Origin: Candidatus Thermoflexus tengchongensis
Lineage (GTDB): Bacteria; Chloroflexota; Anaerolineae; Thermoflexales; Thermoflexaceae
Assembly: GCA_016842085.1 (NCBI GenBank)
Contig: JAEVEX010000034.1
Location: 26,371-90,370 of the forward strand
Reading direction: 5' to 3'
DNA: 64,000 bases
Part shown: positions 33,664 through 43,680 of the stretch, one piece after another
How the letters are laid out: each line of letters starts with the position of its first letter
How positions within the stretch are numbered: the first letter of the stretch is position 1
Notes under the pieces: model-generated
Told to the model about the DNA's origin: nothing
Database searches by the model: none
The model's input: the letters and a program-made list of their open reading frames with translations, nothing else
Made by a program: the position numbers and the translations under genes

Positions 33664-34797
33664 ATGTTGACCATCCATGAATGCCGAACCCCGGCCGAGC
33701 GCCGGGCCTTTGTGACGTTCCCATGGCGGGTGTATCGGGGCGATCCTTACTGGGTTCCCCCATTGATCAGCGAGCGGATGACCTTCTTCGATCCGCAGCG
33801 CAACCCCTTTTATCAGCACGCAGAAGTCGCCCTTTTCGTGGCCCGACGGGATGGGGAGCCGGTGGGCACCATCGCAGCCCTCATCAACCATCAGCACAAC
33901 GCCTTCCATGACGAACAGGTGGGCTTCTTCGGTGCTTTCGAAGTGCTTCCCGATCGGGAAGCCGCCCACGCCCTCCTCGCCACGGCCCGGGACTGGGTTC
34001 GATCCCGGGGCATGACGGCGCTGCGCGGGCCGACCACCTTCAGCACCAACGAGGAATGCGGCCTCCTGATCGAAGGATTCAACGACCCGCCTCGCATCCT
34101 GATGACCTACAACCCCCCTTACTATCGGGATTTCATCGAGAGCTTCGGCTTCCAGAAGGCGATGGATCTTTACGCCTATGAGCTGACGGTGGAGGTCTTC
34201 AACTGGCCGGAGAAGCTGGTCCGGGTGGTGGAAAAGTTAAAGAACCGTGCGAAATTCCGGGTGCGCCGGGCGGATATCCGGCGCTTCCGGGAGGAGCTCG
34301 AACGCATCAAAAAGGTTTACAATTCCGCGTGGGAGCGGAACTGGGGCTTTGTGCCGCTCACCGATGCGGAGATCGAACATATGGCGGCGCAGCTGATCCA
34401 ATTCGTGGACCCCGATCTGGTGTTCATCGCGGAGGTCGACGAGGAACCCATCGGGTTCTCCCTGACCCTTCCAGATATGAACCAGGCCCTGCGAAAGGCC
34501 TACCCCCGCCCCGGCGTCCCGGAGTGGTGGACGCTGCTCAAGCTCCTGTATTACTGGAAGGTGCGCCGGGTGGTGGATACGATCCGGGTCTTCGCCATGG
34601 GGGTTGTGGAGAGCTGGCGCTCCCAGGGGGTGAGTGCGCTGTTCTATTACGAGACCGCGAAAGCCGCCCTGCCGAAGGGCTACCGGCGCGCGGAGATGTC
34701 GTGGGTGCTGGAGAACAACCTGATGATGAATCGGGATATCCAGGCGATGGGCGGGCGGATCTACAAGATCTATCGGATCTATGAGCTGCCGCTGTGA
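33664..34797 (+). CDS. Tandem-GNAT acyltransferase, YghO/bacterial ceramide synthase (bCerS)-like
   Basis: FPWRVYRGDPYWVPPL, NPFYQHA, GFFGAFE, RGP..FSTNEECGLLIEGF, YNPPYY, SWVLENN. An in-frame GTG at 33523 overlaps the kinase stop. Confidence 0.8.
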   Translation: MLTIHECRTPAERRAFVTFPWRVYRGDPYWVPPLISERMTFFDPQRNPFYQHAEVALFVARRDGEPVGTIAALINHQHNAFHDEQVGFFGAFEVLPDREAAHALLATARDWVRSRGMTALRGPTTFSTNEECGLLIEGFNDPPRILMTYNPPYYRDFIESFGFQKAMDLYAYELTVEVFNWPEKLVRVVEKLKNRAKFRVRRADIRRFREELERIKKVYNSAWERNWGFVPLTDAEIEHMAAQLIQFVDPDLVFIAEVDEEPIGFSLTLPDMNQALRKAYPRPGVPEWWTLLKLLYYWKVRRVVDTIRVFAMGVVESWRSQGVSALFYYETAKAALPKGYRRAEMSWVLENNLMMNRDIQAMGGRIYKIYRIYELPL

Positions 34798-36095
34798 ATC
34801 CAGTAATGAGGAAATCCCGGCTGAGCGGACGAGAGCTCTGGCCCTTCGGAAGGTCCTTCACCCTGCTCTGGGTGGGCCAGCTTCTGTCGCAGGTCGGCGA
34901 TCAGTTCCTCTTCATCGCCGGATTAAGCCTGCTGGACCGCCTGACGAACTCCCGGGCCGCGTTCGGGGGGCTGGCGCTGGCCATTACCCTTCCCCAGATC
35001 CTCTTCGGGCTGTGGGGCGGGGTCTTCGCGGATCGCTGGCCGCGTCGTGCTGTGTTGATCGGCTCCGATGTGGCGCGGGCGCTGATCGTCCTGGGCGCGC
35101 TGACCGTGCAGACCAACGCCGATCTATGGCGGCTGTATCCGCTGGCCTCGGCTCTGGCCATTGCGGGGCTCTTCTTTTATCCCGCCCGGAACGCGGTGCT
35201 CCCCGCCCTGGTTTCTCCGGCTCACCTGCTCCAGGCCAACACCATGCTCCAGGCCAGCTACATCCTGGCCCTGGTGGCAGGCGGGGTTTCCGCCGGGTTC
35301 TTTGTGGATCGCTTCGGGCCCTACGCAGCCTTCATCCTGGACAGCCTCACCTTCCTCGTTTCCGCCCTCACCCTGGCCTGGATCCGCCTCCCTTCGTCGG
35401 TGAATCGGCCCCAGCCAGCCCGGCGGAATTCTCCCGGTCGGGATCTGCTGGAAGGCCTTCATTTCGTGTGGACCCGGCGTTCCCTTCGAGGGGTAGCGGC
35501 CATCACGCCCTTCGCCACCATCGGGATCGGTGTGGTGCAGGTCCTCGGCCTGGCCTTCCTGGCCGAGGTTCTGCAGGTGCGGGCCGGGGGGTTCGGCCTG
35601 ACCATGGCTATGATGGGGATCGGCCTGGCCATCGGGCTGGGGGTGGTGCCGTTGCTGAGCCACTGGATCCCCACGCATCAAATGGCGGGGCTCTTCCTGG
35701 CCGCCGCCGGCCTGGCCACGGTGGCCTTCAGTCGGGCCCAGACCTTCGCCTTCGTGCTCCTGGCGGCCTTCGCGATGGGGCTCTGTGTGGTGGTGGCCCG
35801 GGCCGGGCTGGCCACCCTGATCCAGCAGATCACCCCCAATCCCCTGCGCGGGCGGGTGGACAGCCTGGTGAACCTCGTGGTGAACAGCGCCCTGGCCCTC
35901 GCCCAGGGAAGCGCCGGGCTTTTCGGCCAGCTCTGGGGGCCCCGGCCGGTGCTGATGGGGGCCGGATTGCTGATGGTGCTGGTAGGGGGATTCGCCGCCC
36001 TGGGCCTGCGCGGAATCCGCGCCCTGCCTTCCGAAGAGGCCGCCCCGGCGGCCCCCACTCCGGAACAGGAACGCCTCCTCCCCCCTCCCCGGTGA
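34794..36095 (+). CDS. MFS transporter
   Basis: LLWVGQLLSQVGD, GVFADRWPRR, LRGRV; GTG overlaps the upstream TGA. Confidence 0.88.
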   Translation: MNPVMRKSRLSGRELWPFGRSFTLLWVGQLLSQVGDQFLFIAGLSLLDRLTNSRAAFGGLALAITLPQILFGLWGGVFADRWPRRAVLIGSDVARALIVLGALTVQTNADLWRLYPLASALAIAGLFFYPARNAVLPALVSPAHLLQANTMLQASYILALVAGGVSAGFFVDRFGPYAAFILDSLTFLVSALTLAWIRLPSSVNRPQPARRNSPGRDLLEGLHFVWTRRSLRGVAAITPFATIGIGVVQVLGLAFLAEVLQVRAGGFGLTMAMMGIGLAIGLGVVPLLSHWIPTHQMAGLFLAAAGLATVAFSRAQTFAFVLLAAFAMGLCVVVARAGLATLIQQITPNPLRGRVDSLVNLVVNSALALAQGSAGLFGQLWGPRPVLMGAGLLMVLVGGFAALGLRGIRALPSEEAAPAAPTPEQERLLPPPR

Positions 36096-36335
36096 AGTGT
36101 ACACCAGACGGAGGATTCCCCATGCTGGAAATTTTGCGCACCAGGCCAGCCCTGAAAGCCCACCGTGTAACTTCTGAACCCGTTTGAGTTATGATGAAAT
36201 CAGGATGATCGCTGAAGGCCCTTTGCTCCAGAAAAGGCGGGGCAGGTAGCTCTGCAGCCTGCCTCACCCCATCAACCATCCGGCATGGGAAAAGGGATCC
36301 TTCTGCCCTCAGGAAAGCGATCCGGGGAGGCGGCG

Positions 36336-38096
36336 ATGGAACGGCGATGGACCAATCAGGAGATCGCCCAGATCTTCGAAAACATCGCCGATATGCTGGA
36401 GATCCAGGGGGAGATCCCCTATAAGGTCATGGCTTACCGGCGGGCGGCGGAGAACATCGCCGCCCTGGGACGGGATATCTATGACCTCTGGCAGGAAGGC
36501 GCCCTGCGCACCATCCCCGGTGTGGGCGAGGCCATCGAGGAGAAGATCGATCAGCTGCTCCGCACCGGCCGCCTCGAGCTTTACGAGCGCCTGAAATCGG
36601 AAATCCCCCAGAGCCTCCTGGAGATGCGCCAGATCCCCGACATGGGCCCCAAACGCATTAAGGCCGTGTGGGAGAAGCTGGGGATCACAACGGTCGAGGA
36701 GCTGGAGGAGGCCGCCCGCGCGGGGAAGCTCCGAAACCTGCCCGGCTTCGGCGCCAAGCTCGAGAGCAAGATCCTGGCCGGCATCGAAGCGGTCAAGCGC
36801 CGTAAGATCGCCGGACGGGTGCCCCTGGGCGTGGCCTGGCCCCTGGCTCAGGAGATCCTGAGCGCTCTCCAGGAGGTCCCCGGCGTGCATCGGCTGGCCG
36901 CCGCTGGCTCCTTCCGCCGGATGAAAGACACCATCGGCGACCTGGATTTCCTCGTGGCAGCTGAAGATCCCGAGGCAGTGATGGAACGCTTCACCACGCT
37001 TCCCATCGTGGAGACCGTGCTCCTCAAGGGTTCCACGAAATCCAGCGTCCGCTTGCGGACCGGCTTACAGGCCGACCTGCGGGTGATCGAGGCCGCACGC
37101 TGGGGGACGGCGTTGCAATACTTCACGGGCAGCCAGCAACATAACATCCAGCTTCGGGAACATGCCCTCAAACGCGGCTACAGCCTCAGCGAATATGCGC
37201 TCACCCGGGTGGAGACGGAGAAAGAGATCCTGTGCGCAACGGAAGAAGAGGTCTACACCCGCCTGGGTCTCGCCTACATCCCGCCGGAGCTGCGGGAGGG
37301 CCGGGGGGAGATCGAGGCCGCTCTGGAGGGTCGCCTCCCGCGGCTGATCGAGATCGAAGATCTCCAGGGCGACCTGCAGGTCCACAGCACCTGGAGCGAC
37401 GGTCAGGCCTCCATCCGGGAGATGGCCCGGGCGGCGAAGGCCAAAGGCTATCGTTATATACTGCTCACCGATCACTCCCAGAGCCTGGGGGTGGCGAAAG
37501 GCCTGACGCCGGAACGGCTGTGGGAACAGCGTCGGGAGATCGAGGCCGTGAACGCCGAGCTGGGCGATGGGTTCCGCGTGCTTCACGGAGCGGAGGTGGA
37601 GATCCGGGCCGACGGCAGCCTCGATTACCCCGATGAGGTCCTGGCCGCTCTGGATCTGGTGGTCGCCTCGGTGCACACCGGCCTGCGGCAGGATCGGGAA
37701 CGGGTGACGGCCCGCTTCCTGGCCGCCATCCGTCATCCGTATGTTCACATCATCGCCCACCCGACCGGACGGTTGCTGGGGGAACGGGAAGGGGCGGACG
37801 CCGACTGGGAGGCCATTCTGCGGGCCGCCGCGGAGACCGGGACGCTGCTGGAAATCAACGCGAACCCGGCCCGGCTGGATCTCCCGGACATCCTGGCCCG
37901 GCGGGCGCTGGAGCTGGGATGCAAGCTCGTGATCAGCACCGATGCCCACAGCCCCGGGGAGTTCGATCTGATCCACTTCGGTGTGGCGGTGGCCCGGCGG
38001 GCCTGGGCCACACCGGAGGATATCGCCAACACCTGGCCGCTGGAGCGACTGCTCGCCTGGGCCAAAGAGAAGCCGCGACGCCTGAGGCGCGCATAA
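36336..38096 (+). CDS. polX: DNA polymerase X with PHP domain
   Basis: AGSFRRMKDTIGDLD, ADLR, YFTGSQQHN, HSTWSDG, TDH, AHPTGR, EINANP, TDAH. Confidence 0.95.
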   Translation: MERRWTNQEIAQIFENIADMLEIQGEIPYKVMAYRRAAENIAALGRDIYDLWQEGALRTIPGVGEAIEEKIDQLLRTGRLELYERLKSEIPQSLLEMRQIPDMGPKRIKAVWEKLGITTVEELEEAARAGKLRNLPGFGAKLESKILAGIEAVKRRKIAGRVPLGVAWPLAQEILSALQEVPGVHRLAAAGSFRRMKDTIGDLDFLVAAEDPEAVMERFTTLPIVETVLLKGSTKSSVRLRTGLQADLRVIEAARWGTALQYFTGSQQHNIQLREHALKRGYSLSEYALTRVETEKEILCATEEEVYTRLGLAYIPPELREGRGEIEAALEGRLPRLIEIEDLQGDLQVHSTWSDGQASIREMARAAKAKGYRYILLTDHSQSLGVAKGLTPERLWEQRREIEAVNAELGDGFRVLHGAEVEIRADGSLDYPDEVLAALDLVVASVHTGLRQDRERVTARFLAAIRHPYVHIIAHPTGRLLGEREGADADWEAILRAAAETGTLLEINANPARLDLPDILARRALELGCKLVISTDAHSPGEFDLIHFGVAVARRAWATPEDIANTWPLERLLAWAKEKPRRLRRA

Positions 38097-38131
38097 AAAC
38101 CCGGAACCCGAAGATGCTGAGGATGAGGAGA

Positions 38132-38257
38132 GGGGAGCGCCTTCGCCGCCCCCTTAATACGACAACCGCAGATCGTTGAGTGGAGCCTCCCCGTTCTCCG
38201 TAGGGCAACTGCTTGCAGTTGCCCTACACCGGGGAGCGCCCTTCGCCGCCCCCTTAA
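38132..38257. repeat. 26-27 bp direct repeat flanking a perfect REP-like palindrome
   Basis: GGGGAGCGCC(C)TTCGCCGCCCCCTTAA at 38132-38157 and 38231-38257; GTAGGGCAACTGC-TT-GCAGTTGCCCTAC at 38200-38227. Confidence 0.8.
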
Positions 38258-38310
38258 CCTCTGAACGTTTTTTTTCTATGGCCCAGAAAGCCGTGGAAAA
38301 CAGCGATCCG

Positions 38311-39225
38311 CTACGCGCCCAGAACCCTCAAAACCCCGGGGGTGAGATCGAGCAGCGAGGTGGCGTTTCGAAAGGCCTCGACCCCCGGTCCGGCGACCAG
38401 AAGGGGAACCGGGTTCATGGTATGCAGCCGGGTTCGCAGATCTTCCATGTTCCCATGGTCGCTGGTCACCATCACAGTCGCCTCCGGTGGCCGATGCCCC
38501 AGCAGGGCATCCAGGAAGCGATCCAGCGTCTCCAGGACCGGCTCCGGGGGCAGATGGCGATGGCCCACCAGATCGGTGAGGAAGCTCTCGAAGAGCACCA
38601 GATCCGCTTCCTCAAGCAACCCGAGCAGACGCATCGCCGCCTCCTCCGGCGCCACGGGCGGCAGATCCGGGAAAGGCCGACCATGCCGTCGGGCCCATTC
38701 CGGCGCGAAGGCGTTCGTGATGTCCCAGAGCAGCGCCCGTCCCTCCTGCAAATCCTGGAAGGTCCGGAACGGCAGGTTCGCCAGCTGGTTCATCCAGGTC
38801 GTCACCGAAGGGCGCAGCCGTCGCCGGGCGACCAGTTGCCAGTAGAGCTCCGAATACGCATTGGCGAAGGTGGGTCGGAAGCCTGCAGCCCGCGCCCGGC
38901 GGAACAGACTGTGGTCCTCCAGCATGCGCACCAGCTCGGGGGAGGGATAGCCCGTTCGGTGGCCGCCGATGAGCGCGGGAGCATTCAGGCCTGTGAACAG
39001 CGCGGTCTGGCCGGTCGCGCTCTGAGGGAGACCCGGCACGCCCAGGGTCGCATCCAGCTCACGGCAGAGCAGATCCCCGTTTTCTCCCCCACACCCCCGC
39101 ACCAGCGGACGACCCAGCCGGGCGGATAGCCGGGGAAGACCGGGGAGGAAGAGGGGGTTTGACGACTCGGGCTCTCCCAATCCCACGCCATCCAGAAAGA
39201 CCAGCACCACAGGCCCCATCCGCAT
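38311..39225 (-). CDS. Alkaline-phosphatase-superfamily metalloenzyme (iPGM/phosphopentomutase-like)
   Basis: FLDGVG, PQSATGQTALFTG, TDLVGH, TSDHGN, HTMNPVP. Confidence 0.82.
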   Translation of the reverse strand: MRMGPVVLVFLDGVGLGEPESSNPLFLPGLPRLSARLGRPLVRGCGGENGDLLCRELDATLGVPGLPQSATGQTALFTGLNAPALIGGHRTGYPSPELVRMLEDHSLFRRARAAGFRPTFANAYSELYWQLVARRRLRPSVTTWMNQLANLPFRTFQDLQEGRALLWDITNAFAPEWARRHGRPFPDLPPVAPEEAAMRLLGLLEEADLVLFESFLTDLVGHRHLPPEPVLETLDRFLDALLGHRPPEATVMVTSDHGNMEDLRTRLHTMNPVPLLVAGPGVEAFRNATSLLDLTPGVLRVLGA

Positions 39226-39429
39226 ATCCCCTGGATCCTGCGGGCGGGACAACCCGTCCCGCCCGCAAACTCTTCCCTTCCCTCCCCGCCCGGGCGGTTC
39301 CTTCATTCGACATTCGATGGCGCCTTCGCGGGGTGGACTCGTTCCTCCCTACCTCGGAATCGAGGGAAACCACCATCCCCCAATGGGGGGACATCTCGGG
39401 TCGAGCCCCACCGGCGGATGGCTCACCCC

Positions 39430-39921
39430 TCACATCTTATAGCCGATGCGGCGCAGGAACTCCTTACGATGAGCGACATCCGCTTCCGTCTCAATCCCCC
39501 GGGTGGCCACACCATCAATGACCCCGAGGATCCCCCGCCCCTGTTCGGTCTCGGCGATGATCACCTGCATCGGATTGGCGGAGGCCGCGTAGATGTGACA
39601 GACCTCCGGGACCATCTTGATGGCGTTCAGGACGTTGATCGGGTAGTAGCCCTTGCCCAGGACCACAATGAAGAAGTGGCCGGCACCGACCGCCAGTGCA
39701 TTCTTCTTCGCCAGCTCCACCAGCTCCGGATCCGTCCCACTGGCCCGGACCAGGGCGGGGCCTGAGGACTCGCAGAAGGCCAGGCCGAACTTGATGCCGG
39801 GGACGGTGTTCACAAGCGCCTCATGGATGTCCTCCACGGTCTTAATGAAGTGGCTCTGGCCCAGGATCACATTGAGCTCATCCGGCTTCTCGATCTGCAC
39901 AACCTTCAGCTCGACCGCCAT
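39430..39921 (-). CDS. Adenosine-specific kinase (DUF355)
   Basis: NVILGQSHFIKTVED, FGLAFCESSG, PEVCHIYAASANP, GRGILGVIDG. Confidence 0.9.
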   Translation of the reverse strand: MAVELKVVQIEKPDELNVILGQSHFIKTVEDIHEALVNTVPGIKFGLAFCESSGPALVRASGTDPELVELAKKNALAVGAGHFFIVVLGKGYYPINVLNAIKMVPEVCHIYAASANPMQVIIAETEQGRGILGVIDGVATRGIETEADVAHRKEFLRRIGYKM

Positions 39922-39993
39922 GGGGCACCTCCTGAGGACGTGGAGTGGGTCCGTGCAGATTGGGTTTCCATAAAGAGATATTTCCCGTTCCCC

Positions 39994-40021
39994 GTAGGGC
40001 AACTGCAAGCAGTTGCCCTGC
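39994..40021. repeat. Second copy of the GTAGGGCAACTGC palindrome
   Basis: GTAGGGCAACTGC-AA-GCAGTTGCCCTGC; left flank CCGTTC(C/T)CC also matches the 38200 copy. Confidence 0.8.
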
Positions 40022-41053
40022 TCACAAGGGGGCGGAGGCGCTCCCTTCCCCCACCCGGGAGATCACGATGCGATACAGGGGCACCTCCCGGGCCCCGAAG
40101 CGGAACTTATACGGTTCATCTCCCCGCAGGAAATCGAAATCTCGCTTCCCCTGCTCGATCGCCTGACGGATCAGATAAGCGAGCAGGACCACCCCGGGGC
40201 TCAGGCCTGCGAAACGGGGATGGAAACCCGCGTTATATAACCAGATCCGATCCCGGTAATCGAAATCCAGATACGTCGCCGCCCTCTCGCCCTCAATCTC
40301 AATAAACGAGAGACGGGCCCATCCTTCCCGAAAGCCATAACGGATCACGTGACGAAAGAAGGTGCGCATGCGCTCACTCAGGAAGTCCGCCTTCTCAGGG
40401 CTGCTGGCGGCCATCAGATCCAGAAATGCCTCAATGGCTTCCTCTGTATCCGGGCCTTCCTCCTGCAGGATATACCAGCGGACGTTTTCCAGCGCCTCCA
40501 CCCGGCGCATCTTGCGCCGCAGCTCGTGACGGTCCTTCCCATCCAGCATCTGAAGATAAGCCTCCCACGTCGCAGGCAATTGCAGCACCGGGCACACCGT
40601 TAATGGCTCCACCCGAGCCGTCAGGCCGTAAGCGGACGCCAGGTTCGGCCACAGGGGATACATCGGGGAATCCTCCCGGATGTTCCACAGGATCAGGAGG
40701 TCCCACTCCGGCGCCCCCAGGCTGAGCAGCCAGGACAGAAGCGCATGGGCTATCTCCCCCTCCCGACCGGATTCCACCGGGAGATCCAGATAATCCGTGA
40801 CCTCCTCGCTGAAGGTCTCCAGAACCCGGCGGCCATCCCGGACGATCCGGCGCAGGGGAGCGATGCCGATCAGCCGCCCTTCTTCCTCAAATGTCAGAAG
40901 GTGGAGCTCCCCCTCCCCGAAATGCTCCCACCAGATCCGCAGCCAGCCCGGGCGCAGAAAGGGGGCATCCACCGAGGACCGGCGCAGCAGATCGCTCCAG
41001 GCCTCCGCCAGCTCATCGAAGACGGCAGGATCCTGAAACCGACAGAGCCGCAT
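40022..41053 (-). CDS. GNAT acetyltransferase, CelD/BcsL (Acetyltransf_6) type
   Basis: PFLRPGW..WW..F, TDYLD, DRHELRRK, YNAGF..SPG, DFLRGDEPYK. Confidence 0.85.
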   Translation of the reverse strand: MRLCRFQDPAVFDELAEAWSDLLRRSSVDAPFLRPGWLRIWWEHFGEGELHLLTFEEEGRLIGIAPLRRIVRDGRRVLETFSEEVTDYLDLPVESGREGEIAHALLSWLLSLGAPEWDLLILWNIREDSPMYPLWPNLASAYGLTARVEPLTVCPVLQLPATWEAYLQMLDGKDRHELRRKMRRVEALENVRWYILQEEGPDTEEAIEAFLDLMAASSPEKADFLSERMRTFFRHVIRYGFREGWARLSFIEIEGERAATYLDFDYRDRIWLYNAGFHPRFAGLSPGVVLLAYLIRQAIEQGKRDFDFLRGDEPYKFRFGAREVPLYRIVISRVGEGSASAPL

Positions 41054-41059
41054 CCGCGA

Positions 41060-41992
41060 TCACTCCGCATCCCGAAGGTCCACGAGATCCCGGGCGAAGA
41101 CGCTCCACGGCTCCCTCCCGGTCAGATGAGCCCGGACCAGAGCGTAGAAGCTGCGGGGAGGCTTCCCCGGCTCCTGTTCGCGGACGAAATCCACCACCAG
41201 GTAACCGAGGGCGAAGGCGGTTTCGAAAAGCTCCCGCGTGTGGAATCGCCAGGCCCGGGCCAGGCCCGGATCCTGCCGCTTGATCTCCTGGAAGCGGTGG
41301 GGGATTTCCACCAGCCAGAAGCCGACGTCCGGGGTCTGGAACGTTTCCGGAGGGATCGGCAGGCCCCGCTCATCGAAGCGGCAGGGGTTCACCAGCACCG
41401 CACCGGCCTGCTCAAAGGAGGAGCGGGACAGCGCGAAATGCCCCTGGCTCAGGCGAGTCGCCACCCGCCGGCTGGCGATATACCAGTCCACCTGGAAACG
41501 ATCCGTGGGCAGCCCCCGGTTCAGAGCATCGTGAAGCTCCCCATAGGCGTTCCGGATATAGGTGTTGCACACTGCCCCCAGCTTGGCGATGTTGAAGTAG
41601 GCGTTGCGGCTCTCCAGCGGATCATACGTCCAGGTGATCAGCCGCAGGCCCTGATTGCGAACCGCCTCGCGCTGTGCGAGCTTCAACTGGTAGCCGATGC
41701 CCTTATCCTGCCATTCGGGGAGCACACCCAGTTGATGGGAACAGTGCTTCAGCTTGACCGTTGCGGGGGCCTCCCGCCCCCGGCGCTCATCGGTTCCCAG
41801 GAAACCGAACACGAACCCCACCAGCTGGCCGCCCGCAAAGGCTCCCAGGAGCACCCCTCCGTTATGGGCCGCCGTGATGAGCACATGGGCGGGAACCACA
41901 TCCAGATCATCCGAGCCCCAGATCCGGCGCTGGAGCTCCACACACGCCTCGATCTCCTCCAGAGTGCGCAGGGGTCGGATCTCCACTTCCAT
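41060..41992 (-). CDS. GNAT-family acyltransferase (N-succinyltransferase-like)
   Basis: LQRRIWG, HSHQ-like HCSHQLGV, WTYDPL..RNAYFNIAKLG, GLPTDRF. Confidence 0.8.
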   Translation of the reverse strand: MEVEIRPLRTLEEIEACVELQRRIWGSDDLDVVPAHVLITAAHNGGVLLGAFAGGQLVGFVFGFLGTDERRGREAPATVKLKHCSHQLGVLPEWQDKGIGYQLKLAQREAVRNQGLRLITWTYDPLESRNAYFNIAKLGAVCNTYIRNAYGELHDALNRGLPTDRFQVDWYIASRRVATRLSQGHFALSRSSFEQAGAVLVNPCRFDERGLPIPPETFQTPDVGFWLVEIPHRFQEIKRQDPGLARAWRFHTRELFETAFALGYLVVDFVREQEPGKPPRSFYALVRAHLTGREPWSVFARDLVDLRDAE

Positions 41993-42343
41993 CCCTCTTC
42001 CCTCGATCTCGCTGGATATGCCTTTCCCGGCCTCTGATAATCCCGGCGCCGCCGAATCGCTGCCCCAATCCCTATGATTGTATCGTAAGTTACGAGGATC
42101 CTGCGAAACAGTGTGGATATGGAACCATCACGGATCGGGCATCCGCCTCCTGGAGGACCACACAAAGTGGACATATGCGTGCGCCTGAAGGACAATGAAA
42201 GCATTCGGGCTGACATCACTGGCCTGGGTTCTGGACCCTTCGTTGGGGTCAGGCCGTTTCCAGAAGCCCCGGGAGGGAGCTCAACGGCGAAATTTCTTAA
42301 ATAGGACGGGAGATCGTCACTTTCATCGGGAGGAACCGTTCGA

Positions 42344-42604
42344 ATGGAGAAGATCCAGCTGTTCTGTGATCGGGCCGAGTGTCAGGCCCATGAAGGCGCA
42401 TGGGTACATCGGGCGCAGACGGAAGAGTGGATCGTGGAGCTGGAAGAACGCGCCCTTCGCTTTGTGGAAAGCGGGATTTCCCCCATCTGCCCGCTCTGTG
42501 GCCATCCCCTGCTCTGGCCGATCGAGCGGATGGAAGGAACCGCACCGGCTTCCCCTGAGGAACATGAGCTTCTGAGCCTCTGGCTGTCCACGCTGCCAGA
42601 ATAA
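42344..42604 (+). CDS. Small Zn-ribbon hypothetical protein
   Basis: GGAGG RBS; CDRAEC and CPLCG pairs. Confidence 0.5.
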   Translation: MEKIQLFCDRAECQAHEGAWVHRAQTEEWIVELEERALRFVESGISPICPLCGHPLLWPIERMEGTAPASPEEHELLSLWLSTLPE

Positions 42605-42832
42605 GGCCCTGTTGGGATACGCCTTCTTCCCGCGCGCGGACTGTGCAGGACGCCGCACTCTTTCCACGCCCTGCCCCCTGTTTCCCAGCAGCATGAATCT
42701 CCCACCTCCAGGAGATCCCCCGCCCAGAGCCCGGGTGAGAAGAAGCGCCCGCGAAGGCCTGGACTTGACGCCCCATCCATCCAGTGATATGATGAGGGTG
42801 CGGATTAGAACAAATGTTCTAAGGAGGTTCGG

Positions 42833-43540
42833 ATGGCCTGGCACTGGTTCCAGACTGCTCAACCGGAGGGTCTGGCCCCCCAACCGGGACGCGAGAAGGG
42901 GATGTCAGGCTCCCCTCCGGCCTCGAGCGCGGAGATCGGGGTACCGCTGGTGGTCGGGCTGATGATGGCCGGGGGATGGCTGGCGCTGGAGTGGTTCAAT
43001 TACTCGGCGTCTCAATATGCATTGACCACGCTCTTCGGCAACCTGACGGCCGATGGGATGACCTGGGGGATGCTGCTGGCCCTGGGCCTGTGGCTGGTGG
43101 ATTTATCGGGTCTGCTCTATCTCTCGATCCCCAATGAGCGGGAGAAGCCCGGCTTCTGGTATGTGCTGGTGGCCTGGCTTCTCGCTTCAGGGGCCAATGC
43201 CCTGCTCAAGTGGTGGGCTGTCACCCTGGCGCTGATGGCCTCGCCGCTGGCGCAGCCCGGCACGCCCCGCACGGCCCTGGTCAACGCCATTATGCCTTAT
43301 ATCCCAACCGCCACGGCCTTTCTGGTCTGGACGGGCCGGGTCCTCCTGGTGAGCACGATGATGGGGCTACTGCTGCCAGCGCTGCGCCGGCTCATCGATC
43401 GCCTCCAGGTATGGGCAGACGCCCGGATCGCTCAGACGCCGGAGGCAGCGGAAGAGATGCGAGGGGCCGCCCCCGGGCCTCGCCTGATGGTGCCGGAGGA
43501 CCAGGAGGCACTGCGCCGACACCGGGTCAGTTCGCGTTAA
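42833..43540 (+). CDS. Hypothetical membrane protein (4 TM)
   Basis: AGGAGG RBS; four hydrophobic segments. Confidence 0.65.
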   Translation: MAWHWFQTAQPEGLAPQPGREKGMSGSPPASSAEIGVPLVVGLMMAGGWLALEWFNYSASQYALTTLFGNLTADGMTWGMLLALGLWLVDLSGLLYLSIPNEREKPGFWYVLVAWLLASGANALLKWWAVTLALMASPLAQPGTPRTALVNAIMPYIPTATAFLVWTGRVLLVSTMMGLLLPALRRLIDRLQVWADARIAQTPEAAEEMRGAAPGPRLMVPEDQEALRRHRVSSR

Positions 43541-43553
43541 TCGGTCGGGCGCA

Positions 43554-43590
43554 GAGGGTAGAGGCGTAGCGATGGTGCACCCCTACCCTC
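43554..43590. repeat. Imperfect GTAG...CTAC palindrome (REP-like)
   Basis: GAGGGTAGAGG-N15-CCCCTACCCTC. Confidence 0.45.
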
Positions 43591-43680
43591 CGCACCGATC
43601 GCGTTTGGGGGTGGTCCAGCGGGCAGTTTCTCCGGCTACTCACCATCCCGGCTCTTCCTGGCCCTCGAACGCTTGCTGAG

